A stretch of 64,000 nucleotides of DNA from Pseudomonadota bacterium (GCA_947455195.1 CANGMI010000003.1:135620-199619); one strand, 5' to 3'; shown: positions 1 through 10,238, counted from the first letter of the stretch. The notes: generated from the letters alone by a model not told the origin. Numbers and translations are program-made.

Positions 1-90
1 ATGGGCAGGCCGCGCACCCATCACATGCGTGGCGCACTGGATCAGGCTCTCGCCGAGAGAGCCGTGAGCAATGATGAGAATTCCGACCAT
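1..90 (-). CDS. PTS EIIA component, mannose/fructose family (5' fragment; gene runs off the window start)
   Basis: Reverse-strand translation from the ATG at 88-90 gives MVGILIIAHGSLGESLIQCATHVMGARPAH, which matches the N-terminal IxxHG region of mannose-type EIIA. Its position downstream of gshB fits the usual betaproteobacterial gshA-gshB-EIIA order. This gene is absent from the ORF track because it is truncated. Confidence 0.6.
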   Translation of the reverse strand, partial: MVGILIIAHGSLGESLIQCATHVMGARPAH

Positions 91-167
91 GGGCTCGCCA
101 TCCGTCCTGACGGCCAGCGCCTGCTGGCGCTCGACCCGAACCGATCGATGCTGGAGATGCCCGGATT

Positions 168-1127
168 CTACGCCGCGAGGGCGATCTTGCGCTCGAGGGC
201 GGTGATGAACAGGGCCGCCACGTCGCAATCGGTCTGGGCAGTGATTTCGCGAAAGCAGGTCGGGCTGGTGACGTTGATCTCGGTGAGATGCTCGCCGATG
301 ACGTCAAGCCCGACCAGGAAAAGGCCGCGCCGCGCCAGTTCCGGACCGATGGCCCGGGCGATGGCCTCGTCGCGAGCCGTCAGCGGCCTCGCCACGCCGG
401 TGCCGCCCGCCGCCAGGTTGCCTCGGGTCTCGCCAGCACGCGGAATGCGGGCGAGGCAGTAGGGAACCGGCTCGCCGTCGATCAGGAGCACCCGCTTGTC
501 GCCCTCGCGGATGGCCGGCAGGTAACGCTGCCCCATGATCGTGCGCGCCCCCTGCTCGGTGAGGGTCTCGATGATCATGTTGCGATTCGGGTCGTCATGC
601 CGCACCCGGAAGATGCCCGCCCCTCCCATGCCATCGAGCGGCTTGAGGATGACGTCCTGCTCCCGCTCGATGAATCGATGCAGGTCGTCAGCCAGTCGGG
701 TCACCAGCGTGGGCGCACAGAACTGCTCGAACTGCATGATCGAGAGCTTTTCGGAATGATCGCGAATGGCTCGGGGGTCATTGAAGACACGGGCTCCCTG
801 GCGCACCGCATGCTCGAGCATCCAGGTGGCCGTGACGTACTCGATGTCAAAGGGCGGATCCTTGCGCATCAGCACGGCATCGAACCGGGACAGCGGCAGG
901 CTGCGAGCATCGTCGACCCGATACCAGTCGGCCTGAGGCCCGTCTTCGCCGGTCAACACCAGCCGTCGCGAGCGACCGACCACGACCCCATCGAGCCACG
1001 ACAGGCCATCGGGCAGGATCACGTTCAACTCATGTCCGCGGGCGGCCGCCTCGCGCATCATCGCGAAGGTCGAATCCTTGTAGGTCCGGATGCTCGGCAA
1101 AGGATCGATGACAATGGCAAGGCGCAT
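168..1127 (-). CDS. gshB: glutathione synthetase
   Basis: Track ORF 168..1154. I prefer the ATG at 1127 (MRLAIVIDPL...), which is preceded by GGAAGA. The sequence resembles prokaryotic ATP-grasp GshB along its full length. Confidence 0.93.
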   Translation of the reverse strand: MRLAIVIDPLPSIRTYKDSTFAMMREAAARGHELNVILPDGLSWLDGVVVGRSRRLVLTGEDGPQADWYRVDDARSLPLSRFDAVLMRKDPPFDIEYVTATWMLEHAVRQGARVFNDPRAIRDHSEKLSIMQFEQFCAPTLVTRLADDLHRFIEREQDVILKPLDGMGGAGIFRVRHDDPNRNMIIETLTEQGARTIMGQRYLPAIREGDKRVLLIDGEPVPYCLARIPRAGETRGNLAAGGTGVARPLTARDEAIARAIGPELARRGLFLVGLDVIGEHLTEINVTSPTCFREITAQTDCDVAALFITALERKIALAA

Positions 1128-1150
1128 GACAATTCTTCCGGGAGGACCGA

Positions 1151-2467
1151 TCAATCCTGGGGGGCGGTACGCTCGAGTTCACACGCGGCCGCGACAAGCG
1201 CCAGTCGCGCCACGACGCCATAGGCGTAGAAGCGGTTCGGCGTGGCATCGACATCGGCAAAGTGGTCTGGCGTCGTGCACCCGGCCTCGAATGCCAGCGG
1301 CACGAAGTGCATGCCTGGTGCATTGAGGTTCTCGTCGATGCCACGGGCCGCGTGCACGCGATAGAAGCCACCCACCACATGACGATCGATCATGTAGACG
1401 ACCGGTTCGGCCACCGCGCCATCGATCGTTTCCTGGGTGTGCACACCTTCCTGGATGATGACGTCCTGAACCCGAAGGCCCTCCTTCACCACCGCCATCT
1501 TGTTGCGCTCCTTGCGGTTGAGCCCGACCACATCGTCAGGGGAGCGCGCAATCATGATGCCCATGCCGTAGGTGCCGGCATCGGCCTTCACCACCACATA
1601 GGGTTCGTCGGTGATGCCGTATTCGCGGTACTTGCCGCGGATGCGTTCGAGAATCTGTGACACGTTCTGGGCCAGACACTCCTCTCCGGTGCGGGCATGG
1701 AAATCGACCTGGGCGCACGCGCCGAAATACGGATTCACGAGCCAGGGGTCGATACCGAGCATGGCCGCAAAATCATCAACAACCTCGTCATAGGCAGCGA
1801 AGTGCTGCGACTTGCGACGAACCGCCCACCCGGCATGCAGGGGCGGCAACACGAACTGCGAGGTGATGCCAGCCAGGATGTCGGGCAGACCGGAAGACAG
1901 GTCGTTGTTGAGCAGTACCGTACACGGATCGAAGGAGGGCAGGGCAGCGATGCCCGGACGCGCCTCGACCGCCGGCAGCACGATGCGATCGCCGACCCGC
2001 CGCAGAGGCTCGAGCAGGATCGGCAGATTGTCCGGCACCTCGATCAGGGTGGGCTCGACGATCTCGGGATTGAGCGTTCCGATGCGCACGTTGAGCCCCG
2101 CCTGATGCACGATGGTGGCCAGACGTGCCACGTTGCGCAGGTAGAACAGATTTCGGGTGTGGTTCTCCGGCACCAGCAGGAGGTTGCGCGCATCCGGACA
2201 GATGCGGTCTATGGCACTCATCACCGCCTGAACGCACAGCGGCTGAAAGGTCGACGCAAGGTTGTTGAACCCACCCGGAAAGAGGTTGGTATCGACGGGT
2301 GCAATCTTGAAATTGCTGTTGCGCAGATCGACCGAGGCGTAGAACGGCGGCGTGTGATCCTGCCAACGACCGCGAAACCAGTGCTCGATACGGGTGCTCG
2401 AATCGAGGATATTGCGCTCGAGTTCATGCAAGGGACTGCCAGACTGGAGGGCGAGCTGCGGAACCAT
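1151..2467 (-). CDS. gshA: glutamate--cysteine ligase (beta/alphaproteobacterial ~440-aa type)
   Basis: 438-aa ORF. The N-terminus reads ...FYASVDLRNSNFKIAPVDTNLFPGGFNNL, typical of this GshA type. It lies directly upstream of gshB. Confidence 0.9.
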   Translation of the reverse strand: MVPQLALQSGSPLHELERNILDSSTRIEHWFRGRWQDHTPPFYASVDLRNSNFKIAPVDTNLFPGGFNNLASTFQPLCVQAVMSAIDRICPDARNLLLVPENHTRNLFYLRNVARLATIVHQAGLNVRIGTLNPEIVEPTLIEVPDNLPILLEPLRRVGDRIVLPAVEARPGIAALPSFDPCTVLLNNDLSSGLPDILAGITSQFVLPPLHAGWAVRRKSQHFAAYDEVVDDFAAMLGIDPWLVNPYFGACAQVDFHARTGEECLAQNVSQILERIRGKYREYGITDEPYVVVKADAGTYGMGIMIARSPDDVVGLNRKERNKMAVVKEGLRVQDVIIQEGVHTQETIDGAVAEPVVYMIDRHVVGGFYRVHAARGIDENLNAPGMHFVPLAFEAGCTTPDHFADVDATPNRFYAYGVVARLALVAAACELERTAPQD

Positions 2468-2589
2468 GGGTCTCCCCCGAAGGCATCGTCATTATGAAAA
2501 CCGACGCCGCATTCTATGCCGGCAATCGTGACAGGAATGCTGCGCAGCGTCAGCGGCACCTTGCGGAACACCGGGGTACACCGCAGGGC

Positions 2590-2608
2590 GCCCCGCCGGG
2601 TGCGGGGC
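2590..2608 (-). terminator. GC hairpin downstream of the cytochrome c5 gene (no T-tract)
   Basis: GCCCCGC-CGGGT-GCGGGGC, a 7-bp stem, lies 46 nt after the stop at 2654. Confidence 0.3.
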
Positions 2609-2653
2609 CGTCCGTTGACCGGCCGCCGTGCCGCGTGGGCGCGACGAAGTCGA

Positions 2654-3151
2654 CTACTTCGAGGCAGCCACCATGCGATCGACGGCAGCCTTGACCTCGG
2701 CATCACTCAAGGCCGCATTGCCGCCCCGGGCAGGCATGGCGTTCTTGCCCTTGATGGCACTCGTGTAGAGCGTGTCGATACCCTTGGCAATGCGCGGCGC
2801 CCAGGCGGCCTTGTCACCGGTCTTGGGCGCACCCGCCACACCCGCCTGATGGCAAACGCTGCAGACCTGCGCGACTACCTGGTCGCCACTGAGCGGCGCG
2901 GCCTTGGCCACTGCGGGGGCTGCGGCCTGAACCGGGGCGGGCGGCGGCTCGCCGATGGCAACCTGAGCAACCGGGCGAATACGGTCGGCGAGCGCAGCCG
3001 GGTTGGCCGCAGCGGTCTGCACGGTGAGATTGCCCGTGAGCAACTGGGTGAGGAAGATGATCAGCAGAACCGGAACGATAAACGACAACACGACCACCAC
3101 GATCAGTTGCCGGGGGGTCTTGATGAAAGAGGTGTGTTCAGTGTCGCTCAC
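2654..3151 (-). CDS. membrane-anchored cytochrome c5-family (class I) cytochrome c
   Basis: 165 aa. It has an N-terminal TM helix (LIVVVVLSFIVPVLLIIFL), a heme motif CSVCH, and the C-terminal string KNAMPARGGNAALSDAEVKAAVDRMV. Confidence 0.8.
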   Translation of the reverse strand: MSDTEHTSFIKTPRQLIVVVVLSFIVPVLLIIFLTQLLTGNLTVQTAAANPAALADRIRPVAQVAIGEPPPAPVQAAAPAVAKAAPLSGDQVVAQVCSVCHQAGVAGAPKTGDKAAWAPRIAKGIDTLYTSAIKGKNAMPARGGNAALSDAEVKAAVDRMVAASK

Positions 3152-3333
3152 GGAAACTCCCTATGCTGCTATTGACGCCAGACCCCTCATTATAGCTGGC
3201 TGACGTGGACATCGGGCACCCGATGCGGGTATCCTTCGCCCTCCCCGCGGCATGTGCGGTGTGTCCTCCCTGCAGGTGCGCCGCTGGTGCGCCAGGCCGG
3301 TGACGGGCACACGGCAGACCGGCCGGGGTCAGC

Positions 3334-3410
3334 GCGCCCGTAGCTCAGTTGGATAGAGTGTTGGTTTCCGAAGCCAAAGGTCGCAGGTTCGATTCCTGCC
3401 GGGCGCGCCA
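3334..3410 (+). tRNA. tRNA-Arg (anticodon CCG)
   Basis: I folded the cloverleaf by hand. Acceptor stem is GCGCCCG/CGGGCGC and the D arm is GCTC..GAGT. The anticodon stem is TTGGT/GCCAA with loop TTCCGAA. The T arm is GCAGG-TTCGATT-CCTGC, and the 3' CCA is encoded. Confidence 0.93.
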
Positions 3411-3442
3411 CTTCGCTGCATGCCCTCGTGAGCGCCGCGCGA

Positions 3443-3467
3443 GGTGCCGGTGCCGGTGCCGGTGCCG
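3443..3467. repeat. hexanucleotide tandem repeat (GGTGCC)x4
   Basis: Four exact units, intergenic, 33 nt downstream of the tRNA. Confidence 0.9.
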
Positions 3468-3599
3468 ATCAGCAGCCGAATCGAGCAGCGTCGGTGCGCA
3501 ACACGCTGATACATCCATCGAGACACCGGTGTCACCACGCCGCGTTATGTTGATCGGAACCCTGATGCGTTGCATCGGGGTCAATCACCGGAGGTCTCC

Positions 3600-3998
3600 A
3601 TGAAACAGTACGCAGCAGCACTCCTGATGCTCGGTTGCAGCATGGCCATGGCGCAGACACCACCCGCCGCAACATCCGCACCCGCAGCGCCACCAGGCGC
3701 CAGCGCACCAGCCACGGCGCCGAGTGCAGCGCCCGCGTCAAGCCGGGGCAATTTCGCCGCGCAAAAGGCGCGGCAACTCGAACGCATCGGGCATCACATC
3801 GCGGAACTGAACGCCGAGCAGTCCTGCGTCCAGGCCGCGCAGGATGTCGAGGCACTGCGCGCCTGCCACCCGCGACGGGGACACCGTCCGGGCCCCGGTG
3901 GTGCGGGTGGTCCCGGTGGTCCCGGTGGTCCCGGTGGTTCCGCCAGCGCAGGCAATCCGCCGGCAACGCCTGGGGCGCAACCCGCACCGGCCCGCTGA
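3600..3998 (+). CDS. small exported protein, Ala/Pro-rich with a Gly-Gly-Pro repeat (hypothetical)
   Basis: ATG at 3600 is preceded by GGAGG. The signal peptide is MKQYAAALLMLGCSMAMAQ. The central helical segment contains two Cys. I recognise no family. Confidence 0.55.
   Translation: MKQYAAALLMLGCSMAMAQTPPAATSAPAAPPGASAPATAPSAAPASSRGNFAAQKARQLERIGHHIAELNAEQSCVQAAQDVEALRACHPRRGHRPGPGGAGGPGGPGGPGGSASAGNPPATPGAQPAPAR
3897..3941. repeat. 9-bp in-frame tandem repeat (GGTGGTCCC), 5 units, 3 exact
   Basis: Exact units at 3906-3914, 3915-3923 and 3924-3932, with degenerate units on each side. It encodes GGAGGPGGPGGPGGS. Confidence 0.9.
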
Positions 3999-4027
3999 CC
4001 ACACGCGCTTTCGCTTGACGGCCCGAC

Positions 4028-4066
4028 CTGTCTCCTTGCGGTAGCATCCGGATCGCAAGGAGACAG
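4028..4066 (+). promoter_or_regulatory. 13-bp perfect inverted repeat whose 3' arm contains the Shine-Dalgarno sequence of the downstream gene
   Basis: CTGTCTCCTTGCG (4028-4040) and CGCAAGGAGACAG (4054-4066) flank a 13-nt loop. AAGGAGA lies 8-9 nt before the ATG at 4072. It may also act as the terminator of the 3600-3998 gene. Confidence 0.5.
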
Positions 4067-4071
4067 CCCAC

Positions 4072-4653
4072 ATGCACCCTGTCAGCCGCTTTGCCCTGCC
4101 CCGGCTCGAAGAACTGCCCACCGATATCCGCACGCGCATCGAGGCGGTGCACGAAAAGGCCGGCTTCATACCCAACATCTTCCTCGTGCTGGCGCGCCGC
4201 CCCGACGAATTTCGCGCCTTCTTCGCCTATCACGACGCGCTGATGGACAAACCCGGCCCGCTCACCAAGGCCGAGCGCGAACTCATCGTGGTCGCCACCA
4301 GCGCCACCAACGACTGCCTGTATTGCGTTATTGCCCATGGCGCCGTGCTGCGCATCCGGGCGAAGGATGCGCAGATCGCCGATCAGGTGGCCACCAACTT
4401 CCGCACCGCGCACCTGAACCCGCGCGAACGCGCGATGCTCGACTTTGCAACCCGGCTCGCCCGCGACCCGGGGAACACTGGCGAAGCCGAGATCGCGGCG
4501 CTGCGTGCAGCCGGCTTCGACGACGAGGCCATCTGGGACATCGGTGCCATCACCAGCTTCTTTGCCTTGTCCAACCGGATGGCCACGCTGACGGAACTGC
4601 GTCCGAACGACGAGTTCTACGGCATGGGGCGACAGCCGATCGACCAGCCGTGA
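4072..4653 (+). CDS. peroxidase-related enzyme, AhpD/CMD-like family
   Basis: 193 aa. It carries the family strings EKAGFIPNIFLVLARRPDEFRAFFAYHDALM and the CxxC-type motif NDCLYCVIAHG. Confidence 0.85.
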   Translation: MHPVSRFALPRLEELPTDIRTRIEAVHEKAGFIPNIFLVLARRPDEFRAFFAYHDALMDKPGPLTKAERELIVVATSATNDCLYCVIAHGAVLRIRAKDAQIADQVATNFRTAHLNPRERAMLDFATRLARDPGNTGEAEIAALRAAGFDDEAIWDIGAITSFFALSNRMATLTELRPNDEFYGMGRQPIDQP

Positions 4654-4692
4654 GGGAACCCGGCTTGCCGGCAGCTGCTGCAAGGCGCCGGG

Positions 4693-5151
4693 TCAGACCG
4701 GACGCTTGAGCATCAGGATGGTGTCCTTGTAGGTGAACACCGGTTCACCATCGGCGGCGTCGAGCCGCGCCGATATGCGCACGATGCCGCGATCGGGCTG
4801 CGAGCGCGACTCGCGCTTGTCACCCCAGGTCCACACCAGGGTGAGTTGCGCCCCGGGGCGCACCGCACGCAGGAAACGCACCTCGTCATAGCCGAGTGAG
4901 GCCACGGCGGACGCGAGCACCGGCAGGCGGTGCAGCAGGCGCTGCTTGATCGCGAGAATGTGGATGCCCGAGGCAAACAGACCACCCATCGGCGAACGGG
5001 CCGCAGCCGCCTCATCGACATGAAACGGAAACGGATCCCACTGCGCGGCGAACCCGATGATTTCCTCGCTCGTGACCTCATGCGGCCCGGCGCGCAGCGA
5101 CGCACCGGGCACGACGTCTTCAAGCCAGAGTTCGGCCGACGGATCGCCCAT
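4693..5151 (-). CDS. MaoC-family (hotdog fold) dehydratase
   Basis: I take the internal ATG (MGDPSAELW...) as the start, which avoids overlap with ilvD. The string FAAQWDPFPFHVDEAAA is typical of MaoC dehydratases. Confidence 0.75.
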   Translation of the reverse strand: MGDPSAELWLEDVVPGASLRAGPHEVTSEEIIGFAAQWDPFPFHVDEAAAARSPMGGLFASGIHILAIKQRLLHRLPVLASAVASLGYDEVRFLRAVRPGAQLTLVWTWGDKRESRSQPDRGIVRISARLDAADGEPVFTYKDTILMLKRPV

Positions 5152-5179
5152 CGGTGCAGCAGGCTCAGTCACCACCGAC

Positions 5180-6859
5180 TCAATCGCGATCGGTGATGGC
5201 GCCCAGGCTCGCCGTGGAGACCAGCCGCGTGTACTTGGCCAGCAGCCCGCGGGTATAGCGAGGCGCCGGCTGCTTCCAGGCAGCGCGACGGCGCGCGAGC
5301 TCCTCATCGGACACGTTCACCTGGATCAGCCGCTTGTGAGCATCGATGGTGATCGAATCGCCCTCCTGCACCAGGGCAATCGGTCCGCCGACGAAGGCTT
5401 CGGGAGCCACGTGCCCCACCACCATGCCCCAGGTGCCACCCGAAAAACGGCCGTCGGTAATGAGACCGATGCTCTCGCCAAAACCCTGCCCGATGAGTGC
5501 CGAGGTGGGTGCCAGCATCTCCTGCATGCCGGGCCCGCCACGCGGCCCCTCATAGCGGATCACTACCACGTCACCGTGGGTGATCTTGCGGGCCATGATG
5601 GCTTCCATGACCTCGGGCTCGGAATTGAAGACGCGCGCCGGGCCGGTAATGGAAGGGTTCTTCAGTCCGGTGATCTTGGCCACGCAGCCCTCGGGCGCGA
5701 GGTTGCCCTTGAGGATGGCCAGGTGCCCCTGGGCATACATGGGGTTCGACCACGGGCGAATCACCTCCTGATCGGCCCGCGGTGCGTCCGGAATGTCGGC
5801 CAGTTCCTCGGCAATGGTGCGACCGGTGATGGTCATGCAATCACCGTGCAGCAGCCCCTGGACGAGCAGCATCTTCAGCACCTGGGGCACACCGCCAGCG
5901 GCGTGAAACTCGGTGGCAACAAATCGGCCTGAGGGCTTCAGGTCGCAGAGCACCGGCACCTTCTGACGCACGCGCTCGAAATCGTCGATCGTCCACTCCA
6001 CCTCGGCGGCGGCGGCAATGGCAAGGTAGTGCAGCACGGCATTGGTCGAGCCGCCCGTGGCCATCACCAGCGCGATGGCGTTCTCGATCGACTTGCGGGT
6101 GATGATGTCGCGCGGCCGCAGGTTGTTGCGAATGGCCGCTACCAGGAGCTTGGCCGAGTAGGCCGCCGAATCGGCCTTCTCGGCGTCGGGCGATGCCATC
6201 TGCGAGGACCCGAGCGCACTCATGCCCAGCGCCTCGAAGGACGAGGACATCGTGTTGGCGGTATACATCCCGCCACAGGCCCCCACCGAAGGGCACGCAT
6301 TGCGCTCGATGCCCTTGAAGTCTTCCTCGCTCATCTTGCCGGCGGTGTAGGCACCCACCGCCTCGAACGGGCTCACGATGGTGAGGGTCTGCCCCTTCCA
6401 GTAGCCCGGCTTGATCGTGCCTGCGTAGACGTAGATGCCCGGCACGTTCATGCGCGCCATGGCCATCATGCCGGCCGGCATGTTCTTGTCGCAGCCACCC
6501 ACGACCACGACGCCGTCCATGCATTGGCCGTTCACCGAGGTCTCGATGGCGTCGGCGATCACTTCGCGCGAGACCAGCGAATATTTCATGCCCTCGGTGC
6601 CCATGCCGATGCCGTCGGTCACGGTCGGTACGCCAAACACCTGCGGCATCGCGCCAGCGTCATGCAAGGCAGCGATGGCGCGGTCGACCAGCGGCTGGAT
6701 ACCGGCATTGCAGGGATTCATGGTCGAGTGACCATTGGCCACCCCGACAATCGGCTTGTCGAAGTCGCCGTCACCAAAGCCGACGGCTCGCAGCATGGCG
6801 CGATTGGGTGAGCGTGCGACGCCCTGTGTGATCAGGCGTGAGCGCCAGTTGTCGGCCAT
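5180..6859 (-). CDS. ilvD: dihydroxy-acid dehydratase
   Basis: 559 aa with full-length IlvD signature strings, including [17 protein letters not shown] and [16 protein letters not shown]. Confidence 0.95.
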   Translation of the reverse strand: MADNWRSRLITQGVARSPNRAMLRAVGFGDGDFDKPIVGVANGHSTMNPCNAGIQPLVDRAIAALHDAGAMPQVFGVPTVTDGIGMGTEGMKYSLVSREVIADAIETSVNGQCMDGVVVVGGCDKNMPAGMMAMARMNVPGIYVYAGTIKPGYWKGQTLTIVSPFEAVGAYTAGKMSEEDFKGIERNACPSVGACGGMYTANTMSSSFEALGMSALGSSQMASPDAEKADSAAYSAKLLVAAIRNNLRPRDIITRKSIENAIALVMATGGSTNAVLHYLAIAAAAEVEWTIDDFERVRQKVPVLCDLKPSGRFVATEFHAAGGVPQVLKMLLVQGLLHGDCMTITGRTIAEELADIPDAPRADQEVIRPWSNPMYAQGHLAILKGNLAPEGCVAKITGLKNPSITGPARVFNSEPEVMEAIMARKITHGDVVVIRYEGPRGGPGMQEMLAPTSALIGQGFGESIGLITDGRFSGGTWGMVVGHVAPEAFVGGPIALVQEGDSITIDAHKRLIQVNVSDEELARRRAAWKQPAPRYTRGLLAKYTRLVSTASLGAITDRD

Positions 6860-6929
6860 TGCGGTCTCCGAAACGGTGTGGGGGTCGAATTGTCGCGCCG
6901 TGGATGGGGCGAAGTCCAGTCAGATGGCG

Positions 6930-7883
6930 TCAGCCGGCAGGTGCGCCGGCGTTCTGCTGGCGGTTGGCGATCCACAGGCCGACCAGCACCAGCGCAAAGC
7001 CGGCCGCATGAAAGGGCTCGAGGTGCTCACCGAGCACCGCTGCCGAGAGGGCCACCCCGAACACCGGCACCAGATGCACGAAGATTGCCGAACGTGACGG
7101 GCCAACCACCGCGATGCCGTGGTAGTGGGCGCCGTTGGCAATCAGCGAAGCCACGATGCCCAGATAGAGAGCCCCACCCAGCACGCGCGGCGTGGTCGGA
7201 AAGAAAGCCGCGATCTCGCCACCGGCTGCAAAGAGGGCAAAGGGCAGCAGTTCGAGGGCACCCAGGGCAGCGAGGACCGCAATGAAGGCAAAGAGCGAAA
7301 ACCCCTCGGGACGAAACTTGATCAGCACGACATACAGCGCCCAGAAGAAGAAGGACACCAGAATGATGAGATCACCCCCGTTGATCGCGAGCGACCTCAG
7401 GTTGTGCCAGTCGCCACCGGCCACGATGACGACCACGCCAGCGAGCGAAACGGCCAGACCGACGAGTTCACTCGCGCCAGCCCGTGACCCCAGACCCACC
7501 CACGAGATGAGCATCACCCACACCGGTATGGTCGAATTGAAGAGCTGCATGTTCACCGAGGTGGTGTACTTCAGCGCCCAGAACGCGAAGGCGTTGTTGG
7601 GACCGGTCCCCACCAGCGCTACCAGCGCGAGAAAGGGCAAGTGCTGGCGAACCAGCGCGCGCTTGTGCCACAACTCGCGCCCGGCAATGAGCGACGCACC
7701 GGCGAAGGTGAAGATCCAGCGCCAGAACGACAGCACGATCGGGCTGATGTCATCGCGCAGGGCGCGACCGATGACCGAATTGCCACCCCAGAGCGCAGCA
7801 GCAACCGCGAGCAGCAGGCACGCGACGAGCGTTCGCGACAGGGCGGGCGGCGGAGGCGGCGCGGCGTGCGGGGGCGAACCCAT
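6930..7883 (-). CDS. DMT superfamily (EamA-type) transporter
   Basis: 317 aa with about 10 hydrophobic helices and the two-EamA-repeat architecture. Confidence 0.8.
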   Translation of the reverse strand: MGSPPHAAPPPPPALSRTLVACLLLAVAAALWGGNSVIGRALRDDISPIVLSFWRWIFTFAGASLIAGRELWHKRALVRQHLPFLALVALVGTGPNNAFAFWALKYTTSVNMQLFNSTIPVWVMLISWVGLGSRAGASELVGLAVSLAGVVVIVAGGDWHNLRSLAINGGDLIILVSFFFWALYVVLIKFRPEGFSLFAFIAVLAALGALELLPFALFAAGGEIAAFFPTTPRVLGGALYLGIVASLIANGAHYHGIAVVGPSRSAIFVHLVPVFGVALSAAVLGEHLEPFHAAGFALVLVGLWIANRQQNAGAPAG

Positions 7884-7943
7884 ATAATCAGTGTCTCCTC
7901 AGGCCTGCGCACCGGCGCAGGTATTCGATCACCGGAGCATACC

Positions 7944-8732
7944 TTGCTCGTCCACCCCGACTTCGACCCGGTTGCCCTGCGCCTCGGGCCTCTGGCCATC
8001 AAGTGGTATGGCCTGATGTATCTGGTGGGCTTCACGGTGGGCTTCTGGCTCGGACGACGGCGCATCCGGCAAGGTAGTGCAGGACGCATCACGCTCGCCG
8101 TCTTCGATGACGTGCTCTTTCATGCGGTGCTGGGCATCGTGCTCGGCGGCCGTCTGGGCTACGTGCTCTTCTACAAGCCGGGCTACTACCTCGCCAACCC
8201 GCTCGACATCCTGCACATCTGGGAAGGCGGCATGTCATTCCACGGCGGCTTTCTCGGCGTGCTGGTGGCGATGCTGCTGGTCGCGCGGCGGCACGGGCTG
8301 CGCTGGATCGAACTGATGGACTTTCTGGCACCCCTGGTGCCCCCCGGCATCGCCGCCGGTCGGATCGGCAACTTCATCAACGGCGAACTCTTCGGTCGCG
8401 TCACCGATGCCCCCTGGGGGATGCTGTTTCGCTACGGGGGTCCGCTGCCACGTCATCCGTCGCAGCTGTACGAATTTCTGCTCGAGGGCTGCGTGCTCTT
8501 TGCGCTCCTCTGGATCTACTCGTCGAGACCCCGCCCGCCGTGGGCCGTGTCGGCGATGTTTCTGATCGGCTACGGCACCCTGCGTTCGATTGCCGAATGC
8601 TTTCGCGAACCCGACGATTTTCTTGGCTTTCTCGGTTTCGGACTCACCATGGGTCAGTGGCTGTCGCTGCCGATGGTGCTCGTCGGGGTACTCATGCTCA
8701 CGCTTTCCGGTCGCGCGCGGCCTGCCGCATAG
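7944..8732 (+). CDS. lgt: prolipoprotein diacylglyceryl transferase
   Basis: TTG start at 7944 gives (M)[29 protein letters not shown], the canonical Lgt N-terminus. The longer track ORF (7641) is an upstream extension. Confidence 0.9.
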   Translation: MLVHPDFDPVALRLGPLAIKWYGLMYLVGFTVGFWLGRRRIRQGSAGRITLAVFDDVLFHAVLGIVLGGRLGYVLFYKPGYYLANPLDILHIWEGGMSFHGGFLGVLVAMLLVARRHGLRWIELMDFLAPLVPPGIAAGRIGNFINGELFGRVTDAPWGMLFRYGGPLPRHPSQLYEFLLEGCVLFALLWIYSSRPRPPWAVSAMFLIGYGTLRSIAECFREPDDFLGFLGFGLTMGQWLSLPMVLVGVLMLTLSGRARPAA

Positions 8733-9339
8733 CGCCAACCAGCACTTCGGGGTCCTGCGCGCCGCTCACCGCCAGGCGCTGATCGAAGATGAAGAAAGGC
8801 ACCCCCTGAACGCCCATCGCACGAGCACGCTCGTCGGCTTCACGGGTCATCGCCCGCACTGACTCATCGGTGAGCGCGCGTTCGACGTCGTCGGCACCCA
8901 TGTCCAACGGCGTGGCGAGGGCGGTGAGCACCTCGCGATCGCCGATGTCCTTGCCTTCGAGAAAGTAGGCACAGAAGATCGCCTCGACCATGTCACCCTG
9001 GCAACCCCGCTCTGCCGCTATCGCGATCAAGGCATGGGCGGCGAGCGTGTTGGGCTGGCGCACGATGCGGTCGAAGGCAAACTCGATGCCCACCGCCGCG
9101 CCGGCGGCACGCACCCGATCGTAGTTGCTGCCACCACCGGCGGCGCCGAACTTCTTCATGAGGTAGTCGGCACGCGACACGCCCTCGGCCGGCATGTCCG
9201 GATTCAACTGGAACGGATGCCAGTTGACCGGCACCTCCGCCCCGGACGCATCGAGTTCGAGCGCGCGCTCGAGTTTTCGCTTGCCGATGAAGCACCACGG
9301 GCAGACCACATCGGACACGACATCAATGGCTACGCTCAT
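8698..9339 (-). CDS. DsbA-family oxidoreductase (FrnE / HCCA-isomerase-like)
   Basis: 213 aa. The N-terminus is [24 protein letters not shown], containing the CPWC motif. Confidence 0.85.
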   Translation of the reverse strand: MSVAIDVVSDVVCPWCFIGKRKLERALELDASGAEVPVNWHPFQLNPDMPAEGVSRADYLMKKFGAAGGGSNYDRVRAAGAAVGIEFAFDRIVRQPNTLAAHALIAIAAERGCQGDMVEAIFCAYFLEGKDIGDREVLTALATPLDMGADDVERALTDESVRAMTREADERARAMGVQGVPFFIFDQRLAVSGAQDPEVLVGAMRQAARDRKA

Positions 9340-9457
9340 CGCGAGATCTCCCTAACGCGGTTCAGCCAGACTCGGCACGATCCAAGTTACCACACGGAGG
9401 CGCATTGTCTTTCGCGGGCCAGTCCGACAAAATGCCGCGTCAACCGGAGACCAGAGC

Positions 9458-10237
9458 ATGAGTGGACAGATCCTGCTTCAGCGCGAGGGCGTCGTGGCCA
9501 CGATCGTGCTGTCACACCCCGGGCGCCTCAACGCCCTGTCGCTGCCGATGTGGCGTGCCGTGGCATCCACCATCGAAACGCTCAACACCGACCCGTCGCT
9601 ACGCTGCGTGGTGCTGCGCGGCGATGGCGACCGTGCCTTTGCAGCCGGGGCCGACATTGCCGAATTTGCAAGCGAGCGGTCGAACTCGGCCCAGGCGCGC
9701 ATCTACGGAGAAGCCATCGACCGCGGGATGCAGGCGGTACGCACTTCGGTCCACCCCACCGTCGCCATGATCCAAGGAGCGTGTGTGGGCGGCGGACTCG
9801 AACTGGCAGCCGTGTGCGACATGCGCATCTGTGGCGAATCGAGCCGCTTCGGCGTGCCGGTGAAGAATCTGGGCCTCGTCATGGGGCTGGGTGAATTGCA
9901 GGGCCTCATCGGCCTGGTCGGCCGTGCGCGTGCGCTCGAGATCGTGCTTGAAGGAAGGGTGTTCAGCGCCGCGGAGGCGAAGGACATGGGACTTGTGAAC
10001 CGCGTGGTGCCCGACGCGGACGTCGCGGCCGAGTGCGCAGCCACCGTCGTCCGCATCGCCAGTGGTGCACCGCTCGTTGCCCGCTGGCACAAGGCCTTCG
10101 CAAACCGGCTCGCCGACCCGCGTCCGCTCGAGCCCGACGAACTGTCGCAGAGCCATGCGTGCTTCGACACCGAAGATTTCCGCATCGGGTACCAGGCCTT
10201 TCTGGCCAAGAAGACGCCCTCCTTTGAAGGACGATGA
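9458..10237 (+). CDS. enoyl-CoA hydratase/isomerase family protein
   Basis: 259 aa with crotonase-fold strings FAAGADI and GACVGGGLELA. Confidence 0.85.
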   Translation: MSGQILLQREGVVATIVLSHPGRLNALSLPMWRAVASTIETLNTDPSLRCVVLRGDGDRAFAAGADIAEFASERSNSAQARIYGEAIDRGMQAVRTSVHPTVAMIQGACVGGGLELAAVCDMRICGESSRFGVPVKNLGLVMGLGELQGLIGLVGRARALEIVLEGRVFSAAEAKDMGLVNRVVPDADVAAECAATVVRIASGAPLVARWHKAFANRLADPRPLEPDELSQSHACFDTEDFRIGYQAFLAKKTPSFEGR

Positions 10238-10238
10238 C

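Noticed and set aside
1-462. 153-aa + strand ORF at the window start.
   Set aside because: It overlaps gshB and the EIIA fragment in antisense. Its Arg/Ala/Ser-rich translation has no motifs.
3172-3196. Promoter-like TTGACG ... TATAGC upstream of tRNA-Arg.
   Set aside because: The spacer is only 13 nt, far from the 16-18 nt optimum. It is not reportable as a promoter.
3411-5151. Possible genomic island integrated at tRNA-Arg.
   Set aside because: There is no integrase and no phage or plasmid gene. I could not see a direct repeat of the tRNA 3' end downstream. The adjacent genes (AhpD-like, MaoC, ilvD) look like ordinary GC-rich chromosomal genes.
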